Positions 12,804-21,947 of a stretch of 64,000 bases of DNA are shown here, piece by piece. A program made the translations under genes and the position numbers. Below the pieces are notes generated by a model. That model saw only the letters and a list, made by a program, of their open reading frames with translations. It had not been told where the DNA came from and made no database searches. How positions within the stretch are numbered: position 1 is the first letter of the stretch; every line of letters begins with the position of its first letter. Origin of the DNA: Macrostomum hystrix (taxonomy: Eukaryota > Animalia > Platyhelminthes). The stretch is from assembly GCA_950097015.1 (NCBI GenBank), contig CATNEN010000041.1:2542001-2606000 (forward strand), written 5' to 3'.

Positions 12804-14417
12804 ATGGCTTTGCCAGCTATGGTGAATTTTTCCCTGACCTTTCGAACTCATTATCGGACTGATTGGGGTCAGACGGTCGCAATTCTTGGAAACTGCCAGG
12901 AGCTTGGCAATGGAAACACGATTGGTCAAGGAAACAAGCTGACATGGAAAGGCAACAATGTCTGGGAGAAAAAAATCAGAATTCATATGGCTAGAGACAA
13001 GCGGCTTTCATTTAAACTTGTCATTTGTGATGATGAAAACAACCAATTAAGACAGGAAGAAACCAACCGAGAAGTGAATTTCGATCAAGGTGCCAATCTA
13101 AATGAAACTCTTTTCAAATTAGAAACCAACTGGGATCAGCCGGAAGTTCGTCTCTTCCCGAAAGTGGCAACCCAGTCAGTAAGCATTTTAATTTACGCTG
13201 AGTACAAAAGAGGACCTAATGAACCTGAACCCGAGAAGCTGCTCGTTCTCGGCAACTATGTCAGGCTGGACAATGTCGACCACAATGAAATGAACTTCAT
13301 CCAGCGTGACCTGGCAAAAGGAATTTCGAAATGGTGGCTGAAGGTCACGCTGCAAATGACGCGAAGGATCATTGATGATCGATGGAAGCTGCCAGAAACT
13401 GGCCCTAACGGAGAATTTAAGCCGCTTTCCCTGAGACTCATGGCGATAAGAGAAGGCGAGCAAATTAAGCTTGAAGAAGACCAGTTCGAGCCAAACCTAG
13501 CGATTATTGAAGAGTTCAGAAACAAATTTAAATTGCAGTGCACCTTCAATCACAGTCTGATTCTAAGCCCATATAAACGCTGGGTCTGCATTCCAATGCC
13601 CATTGAAACATGCCTGATCCTACGAGACAGCATACTTACTCTGCTCCTCAACATACTGAAGGTGCACCTGCCTGACCCAAACAATACATATGAAAATGTC
13701 AAAAATAAGTATGCCCAGTGCCTGGTTCCGAAGATTAAATTGGATGGCGGTTACGATGGGAGGACTAGTAGAACAAGCGGAGCACCTCATACATTCCACG
13801 ACATTTGGGGAGACGGGCTGGTTGATGAAAGTGGTGCCTTCGCAGACCAAACATGCAAAATAAGAAGTGCGATAGAGTATGTTCGACTGCGAAAAGAAAC
13901 AAATCTGACGGGAAACCGATACAAAGTATGCACACGCCTAACCATAAAGTATCACGCTAGGCAAGGCAACGTGCATGAGCTCTTTAATGGGGCCGGAGAA
14001 AACCAATGGTCCAGCTTCCTGCAGGGAGAGCATTCCGATCCTGAGTACAAAAACGCTCTGATCAAACTGGCGCACTGGGTCAGGGATCAGAGTACTGGAG
14101 AGAACGTGTTGCAGCTGTTCTGCCACAGCGCCGCCATCGTCCGCGGCCGCATGGAGGCCTCGCTGGTGAGCAAGGAGTGCGACGTCATGCACAGCGACTG
14201 GTACTGGTTCTGGAAGAAACACATGGAGGTGGCCGCCTGCTGGTTCGTGCTCATGATGGCTGCCTGGCGACGGCTTAATCAACTTAATCCTACTGAATAC
14301 CCGATCCTAAATAACGAAATTTTCAAAGAAAAAATGAAAGAAGACCGCGCGCCGTTTCGTCCAAACTTTTACGGACGTGAACCTGAACCTGCACAGCTAC
14401 CTGCAAATCAAGCTTGA
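12804..14417 (+). CDS. Intronless 537-aa protein: N-terminal CBM20-like (starch-binding fold) domain, probable second degenerate CBM20, unrecognised C-terminal domain
   Basis: Uninterrupted non-repetitive ORF from ATG to TGA. FRTHYRTDWGQTVAILGNCQELGN...VWEKKIRI...FKLVI...TNR follows the CBM20 pattern. Upstream acceptor TCTTTCAG|G at 12689/12690. Confidence 0.8.
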   Translation: MALPAMVNFSLTFRTHYRTDWGQTVAILGNCQELGNGNTIGQGNKLTWKGNNVWEKKIRIHMARDKRLSFKLVICDDENNQLRQEETNREVNFDQGANLNETLFKLETNWDQPEVRLFPKVATQSVSILIYAEYKRGPNEPEPEKLLVLGNYVRLDNVDHNEMNFIQRDLAKGISKWWLKVTLQMTRRIIDDRWKLPETGPNGEFKPLSLRLMAIREGEQIKLEEDQFEPNLAIIEEFRNKFKLQCTFNHSLILSPYKRWVCIPMPIETCLILRDSILTLLLNILKVHLPDPNNTYENVKNKYAQCLVPKIKLDGGYDGRTSRTSGAPHTFHDIWGDGLVDESGAFADQTCKIRSAIEYVRLRKETNLTGNRYKVCTRLTIKYHARQGNVHELFNGAGENQWSSFLQGEHSDPEYKNALIKLAHWVRDQSTGENVLQLFCHSAAIVRGRMEASLVSKECDVMHSDWYWFWKKHMEVAACWFVLMMAAWRRLNQLNPTEYPILNNEIFKEKMKEDRAPFRPNFYGREPEPAQLPANQA

Positions 14418-14496
14418 AGACAGACTTATCGCTGTGAAACTTGCCGAACCGAATCAAAACTGAAAGTTAATTGTTTTCCCATCCATTAATCATTGT

Positions 14497-15270
14497 TGCA
14501 GTGTCTGTTTTTCCTATCTACTGTTTGAATACAGCGTCTGTTTTTCCTATCCACTGTTTGAATACAGTGTCTGTTTTTCCTATCCACTGTTTGAATACAG
14601 CGTCTGTTTTTCCTATCCACTGTTTGAATACAGTGTCTGTTTTTCCCATCCACTGTTTGAATACAGAGCCTGTTTTTCCTATCCACTGTATGAATACAGC
14701 GTCTGTTTTTCCAATCCACTGTTTGAATACAGTGTCTATTTTTCCCACCCACTGTTTGAATACAGTGTCTGTTTTTCCTATCCACTGTTTGAATGCAGTG
14801 TCTGTTTTTCCCACCCACTGTTTGAATACAGTGTCTGTTTTTCCCACCCACTGTTTGAATACAGTGTCTGTTTTTCCTATCCACTGTTTGAATGCAGCGT
14901 CTGTTTTTCCCACCCACTGTTTGAATAAAGTGTCTGTTTTTCCTATCCACTGTTTGAATACAGTGTCTGTTTTTCCTATCCACTGTTTGAATACAGTGTC
15001 TGTTTTTCCCACCCACTGTTTGAATACAGTGTCTGTTTTTCCTATCCACTGTTTGAATACAGTGTCTGTTTTTCCCACCCACTGTTTGAATACAGTGTCT
15101 GTTTTTCCTATCCACTGTTTGAATACAGTGTCTGTTTTTCCCATCCACTGTTTGAATACAGAGCCTGTTTTTCCTATCCACTGTTTGAATACAGTGTCTG
15201 TTTTTCCCATCCACTGTTTGAATACAGTGTCTGTTTTTCCCACCCACTGTTTGAATACAGTGTCTGTTTT
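14497..15270. repeat. 33-bp minisatellite (CAGTGTCTGTTTTTCCTATCCACTGTTTGAATA)
   Basis: About 23 tandem copies. Confidence 0.97.
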
Positions 15271-15272
15271 TC

Positions 15273-15487
15273 AGAGCCTGTGTTCCTATATCCTGTTATA
15301 CTGCAGTGCCTGTGTTCCTATATCCTGTTATACTGCAGTGCCTGTGTTCCTATATCCTGTTATACTGCAGTGCCTGTGTTCCTATATCCTGTTATACTGC
15401 AGTGCCTGTGTTCCTATATCCTGTTATACTGCAGTGCCTGTGTTCCTATATCCTGTTATACTGCAGTGCCTGTGTTCCTATATCCTG
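15273..15487. repeat. 32-bp minisatellite (CTGCAGTGCCTGTGTTCCTATATCCTGTTATA)
   Basis: 6-7 near-identical copies; the same unit recurs at 25550-25636 and ~26330-26357. Confidence 0.95.
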
Positions 15488-15612
15488 CTCTAGCTTTAAG
15501 AAAGCGGCTTTTTCTTCTTTCTAAACGTTAAAAAGTCTTCCTCTTTATTTTTTTGCACCAAAGTCTGTAAGCTCTAAGCAGTAATAAGCTCTTGCTAGAA
15601 ATCACAGACTTA

Positions 15613-15701
15613 GTTACAGGTGCAGTTACAGACTCAGGTGCAGTTACAGACTCAGGTGCAGTTACAGACTCAGGTGCAGTTACAGACGCAGGTGCAGTTA
15701 C
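15613..15701. repeat. 18-bp minisatellite (GTTACAGACTCAGGTGCA), left flank of the Gypsy element
   Basis: The same unit resumes at 24179. Confidence 0.9.
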
Positions 15702-16013
15702 TGAAATAACTCTAGACTGGTGGTATTTAGAACGAAACGTAAACAGTCAGAGCTCCACGCTCCTGAGAACAGCGATATATATTTTATGCGACGGCACGTT
15801 GGGTGTAAGGATTAGGGGGTGATAAAATAGAGCGAACAATGATTTGAAAGTCAGCCAGTTAACCAAACGGCTGCCAGCGCGGTGTACTCAGCGTACGCGC
15901 GCTGGCTGCACATGGCTGCACCGCACAATGAAATGATATTCAGCCAGTTAACAGACAGCTGCCAGCGCGGTGTACTCAGCGTATACGCGCTGGCTGCAAG
16001 TCACTACATAACA
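15702..16013 (-). repeat. 3' LTR of the Gypsy element (312 bp)
   Basis: Starts TGTTATG right after the PPT and ends TTATTTCA. Contains a duplicated ~55-bp segment with GCCAGCGCG..CGCGCTGGC hairpins. Confidence 0.85.
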
Positions 16014-17865
16014 CTTCTCCCACCATAGTTCAGACGGTCTGGGCTCTTGCGGATCCTGGTCGATCTTCGAGGCACGTGCTGCGGTGATTGATCCCGCCGC
16101 TGCTGCTGCTGCGGTGCCATTGTTGGAGGCGTTGGAGGCGTTGGCGGTGGCTGATGTAGTGATGTCGGCGGCGGCGGCGGCGGTGGGGGCGGCGGCGGCG
16201 GCGGCGGCAGCGGTGTTGTCGGTGTCGACGATGGCGGCGGTGCCAGTGGTAGGGGCGGTGGCAGTTGTGGCGGCTGACAGACCAGCCCCCGAGGCTGTTG
16301 GTCCACATTGCGGTGAGTCGTATCGCACCGCATCTGGTTTGCATGGCGCCGAACCGTTCTGTTGTCCGGCAGGTTGCACTGGTACCAGTTGCTGCCTTCA
16401 ATGCCCACCACCGTTGCTCGCGTCTAGCTCCGTTCCTTTCCACAGCTGAAGTCTTGAACGAACACTGCCTCGCCCTCCGCGAAGCTCCGCCCGTGCGCCC
16501 CAGAGTCATGCTGCAGCCTTTGCTTCTCCTGGTTCTCGAGGACCCGCTTGGCAATGTCTGGCCTGGGTACATCGAGGAGCGTTCGCAGCGAACGGCGCAT
16601 CAGTAGCTCACAAGGAGCCACTCCTGTCGTTGGGTGCGGCGTTGTGCGGTAACTCAGCAAGAATCTCGCCAGCTGCGTCTCCAGAGAGCTGCCATCGCTC
16701 GCTTGTTTTTTCAGAGAGCTCTTGACTGTCTGCACAGTTCGTTCGGCTTGGCCATTCGAAGCTGGGTGGTAGGGCGGCGTGCGGATGTGCCGAATGCCGT
16801 TCTTAGCACAGAAGGTTTCGAACTCCGAGCTTGCGAAGCAGGGACCGTTGTCCGAGACAATAGCATCCGGCAGGCCGTGGGCACTGAAGGTCTGTCGTAG
16901 CTTCTCTATCGTTGCAGAGCTTGTCGTTGCCGACGTCACGTGAACGTCGATCCACTTGGAGTAGGAGTCGACTACCACCAGGAGCATTCTTCCTTGGACG
17001 GGCCCTGCGAAGTCGATGTGAATCCGCGACCAGGGCCTTGTCGGCAGCGGCCACGGTTGCAGTGGCACCTCCGGACCGACTCGCTGGTGCTTCTGGCACT
17101 CCTGGCATCCCGCTGCCTTCGCCTCGATATCACGGTCCATGCCGGGCCACCAGATGTAGCTCCTGGCCAGCGACTTCATGCGGGACGCGCCAGGGTGTGC
17201 GACGTGCAGCGATTCCAGGAGACTGGATCGACAGGCCTCCGGAATGACGACGCGGCAGCCCCAAAGAATGCAGCCGTCTTGGACCGAGAGCTCCTGTAGG
17301 CGTTTGCCGAAGGGCGTGAGGTCAGGGGACAGGGATCCCTTGTCCGGCCAGGCAGAGAGACAGAAACGAATTACCTGAGACAATGTGGCATCGCGGCGTG
17401 ACCAGTTACGCACATCTGATGAAGTCACCGGACCGGCGTCGAGGCAGTCCATCACTTAAATGACTTCCGGTGGCACTGGAACGTCCTTGGGCCCGCTTGA
17501 TGCAGGAAGGCGGCTCAGGGCGTCCGCCCGGAGCATAGAGGTCCCGCTACGATGTACTAGACGGTAGCGATAGGCTGTCAGGAGCAGCGCCCATCGTTGA
17601 ACTCGGCCGGACGCCAACGTTGGAAGCGGCCGTTCCTGCCCAAGGAGGCCTAACAGCGGCCGATGGTCCGTCAGCAGGTTGAACTCTCGGCCAAACAGAT
17701 ACTGGTGGAATTTTCTGACGCCAAAGACCAGCGCGAGTGCCTCCTTCTCCAGCTGACAGTAGTTCTTCTCAGCGGCACTGAGACTGCGCGAAGCGTACGC
17801 GATCGGTTTGTCCATGCCGTTCTGACGATGGAAGATGACAGCGCCCAGGCCGTACTGCGAGGCGT
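16004..17865 (-). pseudogene. Gypsy pol 3' half (RNase H, integrase, Pro-rich tail)
   Basis: ORF pieces 17456-17815, 16424-17455 and 16004-16411; in-frame TAA at 17456-17458 and a frameshift near 16420. Confidence 0.9.
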
Positions 17866-17893
17866 GTGTGTGTGTGTTGGTTCAGATCCCTCG

Positions 17894-20800
17894 CTAGGCA
17901 TACGGGGGGCGCGCCAGCGCGCCCGACGCCTCGACGAAGGCCCGCACCCCTTCTGGGTCGTTCTGCAGTGGGGACATAGAGCCGTTGATAGCCTCTGGGA
18001 TGTGAAGCCGGCGCTCCTCCGCCCACCTGGGGCAGTCTAACAGGAAATGCCGGGTGTCTTCTTCGGGGGCATTGCAGTGCGGGCAGGCAGCGGTTGGGTC
18101 GCGGCCCCAACGATGCCGGGTGGCCTGCAGGAAGGGCGCCCGGTTGGCCCGAAGCTGGTACAGCGCCACCTCGGCCGTCCGCGGCCAGCCTGGCCGGTGG
18201 ATGAACTGCGCTCCGCCGCAGAGCCTGTGGGGGTGGTCCGCCGGAACTAGCTGATTATACTCAGCCAATTCGGCCGCTCGTCCCTGGCGACGGAGGGCGG
18301 CCCTGGCGGCCGACACGGGGACAGGCTGGGGGTCTTGCTGCATGGCGGACCCTCTCCGGGCCAGCTCATCGGCGGCCTCGTTAAGCGCAAGGCCTGCATG
18401 CCCTGGGATCCAGATGACCGTTGGCCTGTGCTCGCTGGCCAGCTGTTGGAGCAGGATCGCGGCTTGCGCGGTGGCGTGGTCTTGCAGGCACTTGGTCGAG
18501 GACTGCAGCCGCTGGAACAGGGCTCGTGAATCGAACAGCAGCCAGATCGCCGAGCTCGGCTTCCCCCGAAGGAGACCGAGGGCTGCCTCGAGCCCCGCCG
18601 CCGCCGCGGCCGCTTCTGAAGTGGTCGAACTGGTCCACCGTCCGGTCGGGATACTGCCCTTGACGTCGGGGCCGATAGCATTACGCCGGATGATGTAGCC
18701 TCCACCGCCATTTCTGAAGCCTTCTTCCGCCGCCCCGTCTGTCCAGACTTCGAGGTACGGCGGGTCGCTCCGGTGAAGGGAGTCCAGCAGTTCTAAGGCC
18801 CTCGCGCGTCGGACCTCCGGGGGCTCCTCGCGCCCAGCATCCGCCGCAGCGAAGCGGGCCGAGTGATGAGGGGTCCACGGCCGGTGCAGGCAGGAGAGCG
18901 GAACGCACCCCTCAATGTTCCGAGCGTGACATCCCGCCTCCTCCAGGGCCGCAAGCGCCGTCTCTCTCCAGCACCCGCGGGTCCCGCCCCCTCTCGACCG
19001 CAGTCTCGTCGTGTTCGGCGGGGCGTCGGTTAGCTTCCGCAGCGGGTGGCCCTCGCTGAACTGGCGGCATCGCAGGTAGAGCTCAGCCGCCCGAATCCGG
19101 CAAATGATGTCCAGGGGCTGTAGCCCGGCGTCCGCGATCAGCGCAGCAGCCCGGGCACCGGGACTGACACCGGTGATGGCCCGGGCCGCGGCGTAATTCA
19201 TCGACTCCAACCGCTCCCGGTGGGTACGAGCCAGAAAAGGCCACCACACCTCCGCCGCGTACAGCCCCGCCGGGCGAACGTAGCCGCAGTAGAGCCGACG
19301 AAGCGTATCAGCGTCAGCTCCCCACCGGCGGGAAGCCACAGCCCGCAGGGCGTTGAGCCGGCTCCGCATGGCAGCCAGCGCGCGACGGGCCTGCTCGGCG
19401 AAGGTGACCTGGGAGTCCACGAACACCCCCAGGATGCGCGCCTCCTTCCGGCAGCTGATCGTCTGCCCACCGACCTGGAGCTGAACAGAGTTGCGGAAGG
19501 CCTCGGTATTCTCCACGGGATGGGTACTCACCAGCAGGGCCTCGGTCTTGTTTGGGGCCAGTTCGAAGTGATGCTGCTGGCACCAGGTTTCTGCCGCTTC
19601 CAGCGCTTGTTGCATGTTCTCCGCCGCTGCCGCCGCAGTGCCCGCCGACGTCTTGATGGACAGGTCATCGGCGTATTGCAGCGGCTTACAGAGCGGGGCG
19701 GCGGACTGGATGGCGTCTGGCAGGGTACAGGTCGCAATGTTGAATAGCAGCGGGGACAACGGACTGCCTTGCGGGACTCCCTCCTTCAGGATCTTGGGCC
19801 GGCTCATGCTATCAACCCAGCGCACTCGAGCTCTCCGGTCAGCCAGAAACGCGCGGATCCAGCGCAGCCACCGTCCCGGGGCGCTCGCTCGAGCCAGTTG
19901 CCGCAGCACCCCGAGGCGCCAGGTTCGGTCAAAAGCAGCGAAGAAGTCGATCGCTGCCACCAGGGTCCTCGTCATCGGCCGCGTCTGCAGGTCGTCAAAG
20001 GCCGGCTGGGCCAGCTGCGCTAGGGCGTCAACCGTGCTGCGGCTGGCGCGAAACCCGGACTGCGCGTCCGGGAGCAGGCCGATCTCCTCCGCCCAGGCCG
20101 CCAGCCTGCGCTGCACCATCGCTTCTAACGTCTTCCCGACACAGCTGAGCAGCGAGACAGGTCGGAAGGATGCCGGGTCGCTCTTGGGCTTGCCCTTCTT
20201 GGCAATGGGCGTGATGATGGCCGTGCGCCAGCCCGATGGAACCTTGCCCTCCAACCAGCTCCGGTTGAGCAGGGAGAGCAGGGCGACCCGTCCGATCGAC
20301 GGGAGGTTTTGAAGAAAAGCCGGGAGAACTCCGTCTTGACCCGGCGCCTTCCCCTCGATCTCCCTCAGAACGACGTCCAGCTCTGCCAGGTGGAACGGGG
20401 TGGACCGCAGGTCGTCCGTCTCGTTCTGCAGAGCGCGGCGGACCTCCCTCCTGGCAGCCTGCTGATCTGTCTTCGGAACGCGGAGTCGGCTTGCCTCCGC
20501 ATAGGTCGCCATCGCCATGTCTGCCTTCTCCCGGTCAGAGGTCGCGGTCTTGTTGCCCTTGCGGAGCGGGGTGTCAGGGAGCGGCTCATGCGCTCGGCCA
20601 TCGAGGGCCCTGATGGTGTTCCAGACCTTGTTGTCTGGGGACCTGGCCGACAGCTCCGCGACGAAACCTTGCCAGGACTCGGTCTTCGCCTGTTGGTACA
20701 CTCGGTCGGCTTGGTCGCGGGCAGCGCGGTACCTCGCCGCGGCTTCCAAGTCCCCTGGCGCGGCTCTGGATGCCGCTAAGGCGCCGCGAGTGGCGCCCTG

Positions 20801-21847
20801 GGCCCGTCTGCATCGCTCGTCCCACCAGCTCTTGGCCTTCTTAACTCTGCCCTTGGGGATGCAGCTCGCCGCGTCCAGGATCCTGCGGCAGAAGTCTGCA
20901 TTGGCGGCCTCCACGGACCGAAAGCCGTCCGCCGACCAGCCCAGGAAAAAATCACCCGCCCGCGTCGCGTAGGTCGGCCAGTCCGCCCGTCGCAGGTTGA
21001 AGCCAGCTGGGCGGCGTCGCTCATGGGTTTGGGTGAAGGCGATGGTCAGCAGCAGAGGAAGGTGGTCCGACCCCATGGCGTCCCCCACGCGCCAGCTGAT
21101 CCGGCTGGACCAGACAGCACTGCAGAGCGACACGTCGGGCGCCGACTCACCACCCCCCGGGCTCACTCTAGTGGCACTGCCGTCGTTGAGCGCCATCCAG
21201 CCGTGGTCGCTCAGCCAATCGTCGAGCTCGCTTCCAGGGGGGTCCGGATCAGCATTCGGGTCCCAGCTACCGTGAGCGTTGAGGTCGCCCATCAGCAGCC
21301 AGTGCCCATCGGTGGGCCAGCCGTTGGTGTGTAGGGCCCCGTCTCGGTCGTCCGCGTCGGAGTGCCGTACAGGTGGGCGGTAGAGGTTGGTGAGGTGCAG
21401 CGGCTTGGACTTGTCCCCGAACAGACGGATGGTCAGCTGCTCCAGGGCCGCGTTGACGGGGGTCCGCAGACCCGCCTCCACCTCTTCATGGGCCAGGCCT
21501 TGTTTGACCAGAGTGAGCAGGCCTCCATGGTGACCGCCACCCCCCCGGTGGACGACCCGGTCGCGGCGGTGGACGGTGTAACCGCGGAGCTTGGGTGTGG
21601 GCTCTCTCTCGGTGAGGTTAGATTCCTGCAGAAGGGCGATGTCTATTTTGTTTTCCTCCAGCAGCCGTTCAAGTGCCGGTCGACGCGCCTGTAGCCCGTT
21701 GAGGTTCCACTGCAGGACACGGAGATCGGCCTGGATAGGACCGGGGTTCGGCTCAACATCCCCCGACAACAGAACCCGGCGGCGAGACCAGTCGGGGTTG
21801 GCCTGCCACCCTCCCAAAAACCCGCCAGCGGGTTGGGGTGCGGACAT
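17894..21847 (-). CDS. LINE polyprotein (1317 aa from first in-element ATG): 2A-like peptide, AP endonuclease, RT, RNase H, CCHC knuckle
   Basis: GDVEPNPGP; APE motifs QWNLNG, LLQE, NLYRPP, MGDLNAH, GSDHLP; RT GVPQGSPLSP and QYADD; RNase H TDG..SEA..FDS..WIPGH..NEAAD; CPHC..H..C. No stops or frameshifts. Confidence 0.95.
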   Translation of the reverse strand: MSAPQPAGGFLGGWQANPDWSRRRVLLSGDVEPNPGPIQADLRVLQWNLNGLQARRPALERLLEENKIDIALLQESNLTEREPTPKLRGYTVHRRDRVVHRGGGGHHGGLLTLVKQGLAHEEVEAGLRTPVNAALEQLTIRLFGDKSKPLHLTNLYRPPVRHSDADDRDGALHTNGWPTDGHWLLMGDLNAHGSWDPNADPDPPGSELDDWLSDHGWMALNDGSATRVSPGGGESAPDVSLCSAVWSSRISWRVGDAMGSDHLPLLLTIAFTQTHERRRPAGFNLRRADWPTYATRAGDFFLGWSADGFRSVEAANADFCRRILDAASCIPKGRVKKAKSWWDERCRRAQGATRGALAASRAAPGDLEAAARYRAARDQADRVYQQAKTESWQGFVAELSARSPDNKVWNTIRALDGRAHEPLPDTPLRKGNKTATSDREKADMAMATYAEASRLRVPKTDQQAARREVRRALQNETDDLRSTPFHLAELDVVLREIEGKAPGQDGVLPAFLQNLPSIGRVALLSLLNRSWLEGKVPSGWRTAIITPIAKKGKPKSDPASFRPVSLLSCVGKTLEAMVQRRLAAWAEEIGLLPDAQSGFRASRSTVDALAQLAQPAFDDLQTRPMTRTLVAAIDFFAAFDRTWRLGVLRQLARASAPGRWLRWIRAFLADRRARVRWVDSMSRPKILKEGVPQGSPLSPLLFNIATCTLPDAIQSAAPLCKPLQYADDLSIKTSAGTAAAAAENMQQALEAAETWCQQHHFELAPNKTEALLVSTHPVENTEAFRNSVQLQVGGQTISCRKEARILGVFVDSQVTFAEQARRALAAMRSRLNALRAVASRRWGADADTLRRLYCGYVRPAGLYAAEVWWPFLARTHRERLESMNYAAARAITGVSPGARAAALIADAGLQPLDIICRIRAAELYLRCRQFSEGHPLRKLTDAPPNTTRLRSRGGGTRGCWRETALAALEEAGCHARNIEGCVPLSCLHRPWTPHHSARFAAADAGREEPPEVRRARALELLDSLHRSDPPYLEVWTDGAAEEGFRNGGGGYIIRRNAIGPDVKGSIPTGRWTSSTTSEAAAAAAGLEAALGLLRGKPSSAIWLLFDSRALFQRLQSSTKCLQDHATAQAAILLQQLASEHRPTVIWIPGHAGLALNEAADELARRGSAMQQDPQPVPVSAARAALRRQGRAAELAEYNQLVPADHPHRLCGGAQFIHRPGWPRTAEVALYQLRANRAPFLQATRHRWGRDPTAACPHCNAPEEDTRHFLLDCPRWAEERRLHIPEAINGSMSPLQNDPEGVRAFVEASGALARPPYA

Positions 21848-21867
21848 CGAAGCGACATCCGGGGAGC

Positions 21868-21935
21868 CGGAGCATTTGGCACAGAACGCATCTGTGACAC
21901 CTGTCCCCACGTGAAGGGAGCTCCGTTTGACAAGC
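21868..21935 (-). ncRNA. HDV-like self-cleaving ribozyme at the LINE 5' end
   Basis: Manual fold: P1 GCUUGUC/GACAGGU (G1.U wobble), P2 CGGAGC/GCUCCG, P3 CCC/GGG, L3 UUCACGU, 1-bp P1.1 (C-G, with U.U), P4 CACAGA/UCUGUG, J4/2 CCAAAU with candidate catalytic C. Confidence 0.85.
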
Positions 21936-21947
21936 ACTGCGAGGCGT

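Larger units (their letters stand above)
17866..21935 (-). mobile_element. Full-length Ingi-like LINE (4,070 bp)
   Basis: Perfect 12-bp TSD ACTGCGAGGCGT at 17854-17865 and 21936-21947. Very short 3' UTR ending in (AC)n, a single ORF, and a ribozyme fold at the exact 5' boundary. Confidence 0.95.
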
